NCBI GenBank assembly: GCA_963794325.1
Contig: CAWCDG010000007.1
Location: forward strand, 96,001-160,000
Reading direction: 5' to 3'
Origin: an uncultured delta proteobacterium
Lineage (GTDB): Bacteria > Desulfobacterota > Binatia > Binatales > Binataceae
DNA length: 64,000 bases
Part shown: positions 58,937-64,000 of the stretch, piece after piece
How the letters are laid out: every line of letters starts with the position of its first letter
Position numbering within the stretch: position 1 is the first letter of the stretch
Program-made: the position numbers and the translations under genes
Notes under the pieces: model-generated
Seen by the model: only the letters and a program-made list of their open reading frames with translations
Databases searched by the model: none
What the model was told of the DNA's origin: nothing

Positions 58937-59044
58937 CTTGGATTCTCCTGGAGAGTAAAGATAATCACGATTTGCGGTTCGTGAGCGCATATTGTGATGC
59001 GCGCCAAAATCGGTATAAATCGTTGCCACACGGGGGTTCGAAAG

Positions 59045-59335
59045 ATGAGGAATATCTCAGACGTTAGATCCGTCCGCTCTGCCAGAATCGCGATATTTTT
59101 TATTGCGCTGACGGTCGCGATTTCCGGATGCTACCTCTTCTCGCCGTCACAGGCGCAGGAGGACAAGGCGCAGACCCGGCTGCATTTCGACATCACGCAA
59201 TGCCAGCAGACCTCGCCGAATCTTTACAAATGTCCAGGCGTCGACCGGTCGATTTGCGGGGCATTTTATTCGGGCGAGCAGGTTGACTGCGTGTCCCTGG
59301 ACAAAGACGGGAACGTGATGGTGATGAAGCAATAG
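59045..59335 (+). CDS. Small Cys-rich lipoprotein
   Basis: Lipobox ISG-C followed by four further Cys. Confidence 0.7.
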   Translation: MRNISDVRSVRSARIAIFFIALTVAISGCYLFSPSQAQEDKAQTRLHFDITQCQQTSPNLYKCPGVDRSICGAFYSGEQVDCVSLDKDGNVMVMKQ

Positions 59336-59663
59336 TAGCGGCTGTCTCGAAGTAGTAATTTTAAGCAGTAAGTACATAAGCCGCCGATAGGAATCCGCGG
59401 CAATTTTGAACTCGCGTACACGCCCGATAAATCGACATAGCGTGTCTTGACGCGCTATCTACCATCTGCCATCGTCATCCGACCGAGGCATTGAATCTCT
59501 CTGTCTCGCTATGATTGTCAGCGACTTGGATTGCGCAGTATCCGAGGCGTGGCCTTAAGCTTTGAAGGGCGCTAGTCTGCTGACCGCGCATATCTTGAGC
59601 CAGGATGAGTATCGGGGGACTTCGTGCCGCACACAGAAGAAATTCTGGATATAGAGAGCTAAT

Positions 59664-61487
59664 TTGACCATCGGGCTCGAAATAGCTCTCACTTTCTTAT
59701 CCGCCTTTCTGGTCGCGCTCGTGATGACGCCGGTGGCAAAGGCGGTTTCGCTCCGCTTCGGCATCGTCGCCCAGCCGTCGAGCGACCGCCCGCATGAAAA
59801 GCCGACCGCCCTGCTGGGCGGCGTCGCGGTGCTGGCCGGCTTCGTCGTCGCGATCGGATTCGTCGGAATCCTCACCGGATTGCCCTACCACAGTATCCCA
59901 TGGCTCGCCGGATTCGCGGTCGCCATGTGCCTGGTCGGCCTGCTCGACGACATCGTCGATCTGCGGCCGCGCCACAAACTGGTCCTCGAGCTTGCCGCGA
60001 TCTGCATCCTGGTCTGGTGGGGCCCGCAACTCGATTTCTTTCCGTATCACGCCGTCAACATCGCGCTGACGGTCTTCTGGCTGGTCACCGCAACCAACGC
60101 CTTCAACTTAATCGACGGTATCGACGGCCTCGCCGCCGGGGTCGGAATTGTCGCGGCGCTGAGTATCGCGAGCGTCGCGGGACTTCATCAGCACACCGGC
60201 ACGATGATCGCGGCGCTCTCGATCGCCGGAGCGCTGGCGGGATTCATGTTCTTCAACTTTCCGCCCGCGACCGTCTTCATGGGCGACGAAGGCGCGCTCG
60301 CCGTCGGCCTCGTGCTGGGAGTCCTGTCGATTCAAGGCAGCCGCTTCGGCGAGGGTTCGCTGCCGGCGCGCCTTGCGATGCCGTTGTTGGCGCTGATGGT
60401 CCCGATTCTCGACACCGTGACCGTGACCGTGACGCGCCTTGCGACCGGAAATCCCATCTCGAGACGCGGTCTCGATCATTCGCATCACCGGCTGACGCGG
60501 CTGGGCATGTCGACCACCACCGCAGCGGCGGCGTTGATCGGCCTGCAGGTGATTGCCGGCGGATGCGCGATCGCGCTCAGCCTCGTGCCGGGTTATGACG
60601 CCGTCCTGCTGATTCCGTTCATGGCGCTGTTCTTCGCGCTGGTCGCGCTGTTCCTGATGGATCGATCGTTCGACGCCGAGGCGCCCGGCCAAATCGAGGA
60701 CCTGCCGGCGATCGCGCGCGTCATCCTGAGCTTCGGATACAAGCGGCGCTTCGTCGAATTGATCCTCGACGTCGCGCTGGTCGCGGCGGCGTACTTCGGT
60801 GCGATGCTGCTCCGATTCGACTTCGATCTCAGCATCGCGCAAGTCGATAAGATGCTCGCAGGGCTGCCGTGGATCGTGGCCATCGGATGCGCCTCGTTCT
60901 TCGTAGCGGGCGTCTATCGGGGAATCTGGCGCTACACCGGATTGGCCGAGAGCCTCCGCTTCGCGCTCGCGGCGATGCTCGCGGGCCTGGCCGTCAAGCT
61001 CGCATCGCACGTTCTGCCGATCGAGATTTCGCGATCGACGGCCGTGATGTTCGTCCTGCTGCTGTTCAATTTCCTGGTCGGCACGCGATGGTCGTTCCAT
61101 CTGTTCCAGCGCATCGTCCGCTTCCTGGCGCATTCCGCACGCCGCCTGGTTATCGTCGGCGCCGACGCCCGCGGAGCCGCCGCCGTCCAGCATCTGCATT
61201 CGACAATCGGCGCCGAACTACTCGGCCTGCTCGACGACGACACCTTCAAGCACGGCAAACTATTCCACGGCTACCGGGTGCTCGGCTCGGTGGACGACCT
61301 CGACGCCATCATGATGCGCACGCCGTTCGACGAAATCGTAATCGCGCAGGAAACCCTGTCCGCCCCGCAACTGACGGCACTCGAATCATTCGCGACCAGC
61401 CATCGAATAACTCTCCGCCGCTTCCTCCTCGGCGTCACCGATATGCCCGCCCCCAAACTCGCCGACCGCCAACTAACCACCGCCTGA
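59664..61487 (+). CDS. WecA/MraY-family (GT4) sugar-1-phosphate transferase fused to a CapD-like N-terminal membrane/Rossmann region
   Basis: GLLDD, NAFNLIDGIDGL, FMGD, HSHHRL; then GVYRGIWRY, LVIVGA and GLLDDD..K.G....GYRVLG. Confidence 0.88.
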   Translation: MTIGLEIALTFLSAFLVALVMTPVAKAVSLRFGIVAQPSSDRPHEKPTALLGGVAVLAGFVVAIGFVGILTGLPYHSIPWLAGFAVAMCLVGLLDDIVDLRPRHKLVLELAAICILVWWGPQLDFFPYHAVNIALTVFWLVTATNAFNLIDGIDGLAAGVGIVAALSIASVAGLHQHTGTMIAALSIAGALAGFMFFNFPPATVFMGDEGALAVGLVLGVLSIQGSRFGEGSLPARLAMPLLALMVPILDTVTVTVTRLATGNPISRRGLDHSHHRLTRLGMSTTTAAAALIGLQVIAGGCAIALSLVPGYDAVLLIPFMALFFALVALFLMDRSFDAEAPGQIEDLPAIARVILSFGYKRRFVELILDVALVAAAYFGAMLLRFDFDLSIAQVDKMLAGLPWIVAIGCASFFVAGVYRGIWRYTGLAESLRFALAAMLAGLAVKLASHVLPIEISRSTAVMFVLLLFNFLVGTRWSFHLFQRIVRFLAHSARRLVIVGADARGAAAVQHLHSTIGAELLGLLDDDTFKHGKLFHGYRVLGSVDDLDAIMMRTPFDEIVIAQETLSAPQLTALESFATSHRITLRRFLLGVTDMPAPKLADRQLTTA

Positions 61488-61513
61488 CCGAGAATAATCG
61501 CCTGCGCGGCGGG

Positions 61514-61736
61514 TCGGCAGGGGGTGACCCCTGCACCCAGTGATAAGAAAATCGCGAAATGTCGAGGACGACCTTTCGCTCCCAGGGTTTGTTTTTGTGT
61601 CATTCAGATCTGAATGACACAGGAAAAAGAACCTTCGAGCAAAATGGCGTCCTCGCCATTTTGCGATTAATACTAAGGTGCAGGGCTTAGCCCTGCCGAA
61701 GGAAGTGTGAAACCCACCGCGGGTTTCACATTCAAT
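61514..61736. repeat. Composite palindrome cluster (family 2 copies B and C plus other hairpins)
   Basis: Inverted family-2 copy 61514-61551; perfect 26-bp palindrome TGTGTCATTCAGATCTGAATGACACA 61596-61621; hairpin GCAAAATGGCG/CGCCATTTTGC 61639-61664; family-2 copy 61677-61736. Confidence 0.85.
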
Positions 61737-61763
61737 AAAGTGATTTACCCTTCCCACACTTTT

Positions 61764-62537
61764 TTGTCTGAATTCGCGACTCGGCTGCGTAATCGCCTCG
61801 AATACGCCCCGAAAATACCGCGGATGTATCGCAATTGGTGGGCATGGCCGCTGCCAAGGCTCGGAGTTGATACCGTTCTCGAACTCCGGAACGGACTGCG
61901 GTTTTCGGTCCGTGCCCGCACTACCGACCTCGCAGTTCTCAATGAAGCCGTCTTTTTGAATCCGTACCTCGCGTCAGGACATGTCGAGCTGCGCGAAGAT
62001 TCCGTCGTGATGGACGTGGGCGCCAACCTGGGAGACTTCGCGATTCAGGCTGCCGCGCGATGTCCCCGCGGGCGCGTGTACGCGGTCGAACCGATGAGCG
62101 AATATTCTTCCGTGCTCGAGACCAACAAGCGATTGAATCGGCTATCCAACCTCGAAATCCTGTCTGTAGCTCTCGGTGACCATGAAGGCGAGATCAAGCT
62201 CTCGATCGCGGGCGCCGAGTCTGGCGCCTATTTCAACGGAACCACGAAAGCGAAAACGAATACCGAAACCGCGCGGCTAACGACCCTGCCGCAACTGATG
62301 CGAGACTGCGGGCTTGAGCGAATCGATCTCCTGAAGATGGATTGCGAAGGATCGGAATGGGACATCCTGCCGGCGTCGCGCTCAGTCCTCCCTCAAATCC
62401 GGCAGATCTGCATGGAGATTCATCCCGCTCGCGGCTGGACAGCCGAAAGCCTCGCCGAATGGCTCCGCGCAAGTGGATACGAGGTCTGGTACAACGAGCC
62501 CCCCGCCAAGACCATCCTATGGGCCCGCCGCCGCTGA
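61764..62537 (+). CDS. FkbM-family methyltransferase (start uncertain)
   Basis: VMDVGANLG, VYAVEP, IDLLKMDCEGSEWDIL. Confidence 0.9.
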   Translation: MSEFATRLRNRLEYAPKIPRMYRNWWAWPLPRLGVDTVLELRNGLRFSVRARTTDLAVLNEAVFLNPYLASGHVELREDSVVMDVGANLGDFAIQAAARCPRGRVYAVEPMSEYSSVLETNKRLNRLSNLEILSVALGDHEGEIKLSIAGAESGAYFNGTTKAKTNTETARLTTLPQLMRDCGLERIDLLKMDCEGSEWDILPASRSVLPQIRQICMEIHPARGWTAESLAEWLRASGYEVWYNEPPAKTILWARRR

Positions 62538-62595
62538 GGTTGTCCGTTGTGCCGGCCAGTAATATGGTAAGGAGGTAATACCGAGGGAATTAACA

Positions 62596-62856
62596 ATGGC
62601 GGCTTCCAGACGTTCTGCAGTTCGCGCAATCGCAAGCAGCAGACTGACCAGTAAGGGCCAGGCTACGGTACCGCTACCGGTCCGCAAAAAACTGAATCTG
62701 GAGCCCGGGGACACGCTGTTATTCGAGGAGTCGCCAGCTGGAGTGGTACGCCTGCGCAAGGCCGAGCCGCTCGACCTCGAGTTCCTATCGGCGCTGGAAA
62801 ATACTCTCTCGGAATGGAATTCGGACAACGACGAAAAGGCTTACGGTGATCTGTAG
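62596..62856 (+). CDS. AbrB/MazE-type antitoxin
   Basis: SRLTSKGQATVP..VRKKLNL.PGD; acidic tail EWNSDNDEKAY; overlaps the toxin gene. Confidence 0.9.
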   Translation: MAASRRSAVRAIASSRLTSKGQATVPLPVRKKLNLEPGDTLLFEESPAGVVRLRKAEPLDLEFLSALENTLSEWNSDNDEKAYGDL

Positions 62857-63178
62857 GCGAAACGACGTCGTCGTCGTGCCGTTTCCCTTCACCGACAGTC
62901 GCACCGTCAAGCGACGCCCGGCCCTCGCTCTCTCATCAGAAAGCTTCAGTCACGAGAGCGGCCACACGCTACTGGCGATGATAACGAGCGCGGCAAATCC
63001 GCCGTGGCCGCTCGACGTGTTGATTGACTCTGGCAAGGCGGGACTCCGGGCGGCGTCGAGGGTTAGAATGAAACTCTTCACCCTGGACAACCGCCTGATA
63101 GTGCACAAGGCAGGAGTCCTCACGGCGGCCGACCAACGAGCGGTAGCGGCAGCGGTCAGAAAGTTGATAGCCAAATAA
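62846..63178 (+). CDS. PemK/MazF-family toxin
   Basis: DVVVVPFPFTD...KRRPAL.LS, LAMITS, GL...S.VR.KLFTLD. Confidence 0.92.
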   Translation: MICRRNDVVVVPFPFTDSRTVKRRPALALSSESFSHESGHTLLAMITSAANPPWPLDVLIDSGKAGLRAASRVRMKLFTLDNRLIVHKAGVLTAADQRAVAAAVRKLIAK

Positions 63179-63233
63179 GGTTCGCGATCTCCTTGGCGCA
63201 CGAATCAAGACAGTTCTGCGCATTTCTTGTCTT

Positions 63234-63610
63234 TGTGTCATTCAGAGCCGCCGCGGCGAAGAATCCTGGTTCTTTGATTTCCCATCTCCCTGCTAAGGAG
63301 AGGATCGAAAGTGAGGGACCTTATTCAGCACGCGATTTCATATCGCGCGCGATTCAAGATTCCGCTCGTTGCGTTATTCAGAGCGAAGCAAGCCCTGATT
63401 TTGACGGAAGCAGGAAGCTCGCATGCACCATGGTCGGGGTGCGTCGGCAGGCATGCAGAAAGATCCGGGATTCTTCGGTGCGCTCAGAATGACGCAAGGA
63501 AAAGGGGCACAGCACAAGAAAAAGCTCCGCGATTCTTCGCTTGCTCTAGAATGACGCGAAGACAAGAAAGGCGGGTCCTCAAAAATTGCGGGGTCGCCAA
63601 TTTGCGATTG
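63234..63610. repeat. REP-like cluster (family 3, GTCATTC..AGC...GAAGAATC)
   Basis: Copies at 63237-63266 (+), 63373-63389 (+, partial), 63468-63493 (-) and 63531-63555 (-). CGCCAATTTGCGATT near 63596 resembles 61654-61668. Confidence 0.75.
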
Positions 63611-63630
63611 CTGTGATAACAAGGCGCCTT

Positions 63631-64000
63631 ATGGCGCTTTCATTTCCTAAAGATTTTTTGTGGGGTACCGCCAGCGCTTCTTATCAGATCGAGGGCGGTC
63701 ATAACGAGGACGGGAAGGGCGAGTCGATCTGGGATCGCTTTTCGCACACGCCCGGCAAGATTAAGCACGGCGACACCGGCGACGTCGCGTGCGATTTCTA
63801 CCATCGCTATGCCGACGACATCGAGTTGATGTCGCAGCTCGGACTCAACGCGGCGCGGATTTCGCTCTCGTGGCCGCGCATCATGCCCAGCGGCAAGGGG
63901 CCGGTGAATCAGAAGGGCCTCGACTTCTACCGCCGCGTCGTCGACGAGATGCTCGCGCGCAACATCCAGCCGTGGGTTACGCTCTATCATTGGGATTTGC
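63631..64000 (+). CDS. GH1 beta-glucosidase (5' part, runs off the window)
   Basis: [22 protein letters not shown]...GKGESIWD...VACDFYHRY...SLSWPRI...VTLYHWDL. Confidence 0.95.
   Translation, partial: MALSFPKDFLWGTASASYQIEGGHNEDGKGESIWDRFSHTPGKIKHGDTGDVACDFYHRYADDIELMSQLGLNAARISLSWPRIMPSGKGPVNQKGLDFYRRVVDEMLARNIQPWVTLYHWDL

Overview
A GC-rich bacterial chromosome segment. The gene content (tandem STAND cyclases, an F420-type PPOX, Thr/Ala-linker surface proteins) is reminiscent of Candidatus Binatota/Acidobacteria-like soil bacteria, but that taxonomy is inference only. The window holds about 55 protein genes. These include a Tat-signal Fe-S aldo/keto reductase, two outer-membrane barrels around an HTH-molybdate-PBP regulator, Ku-LigD (NHEJ), acyl-CoA catabolic enzymes, two large secreted Thr/Ala-stalk proteins, a tandem array of zinc-ribbon/class III cyclase/AAA/TPR genes, zwf, an RcnR-P1B ATPase pair, a WecA-like fusion, an AbrB-PemK toxin-antitoxin pair and the start of a GH1. 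There is also a Pro-Arg-His-Lys tRNA operon. The ORF track misses several things: (1) a candidate sigma54-driven sRNA (~7712-7834) carrying four single-stranded UCCCC anti-Shine-Dalgarno-like motifs, divergent from the tRNA operon; (2) a UGA-read-through peroxiredoxin-like selenoprotein (UxxC) with a SECIS-like hairpin, heading a Kelch/thioredoxin operon; (3) a deletion junction fusing that operon to a third cyclase remnant; (4) a frameshift in the 4.3-kb surface protein gene; (5) a small membrane protein and a lipoprotein lacking a canonical start codon; (6) three families of REP-like palindromes. All product calls come from motif recognition by eye; no database searches were run.
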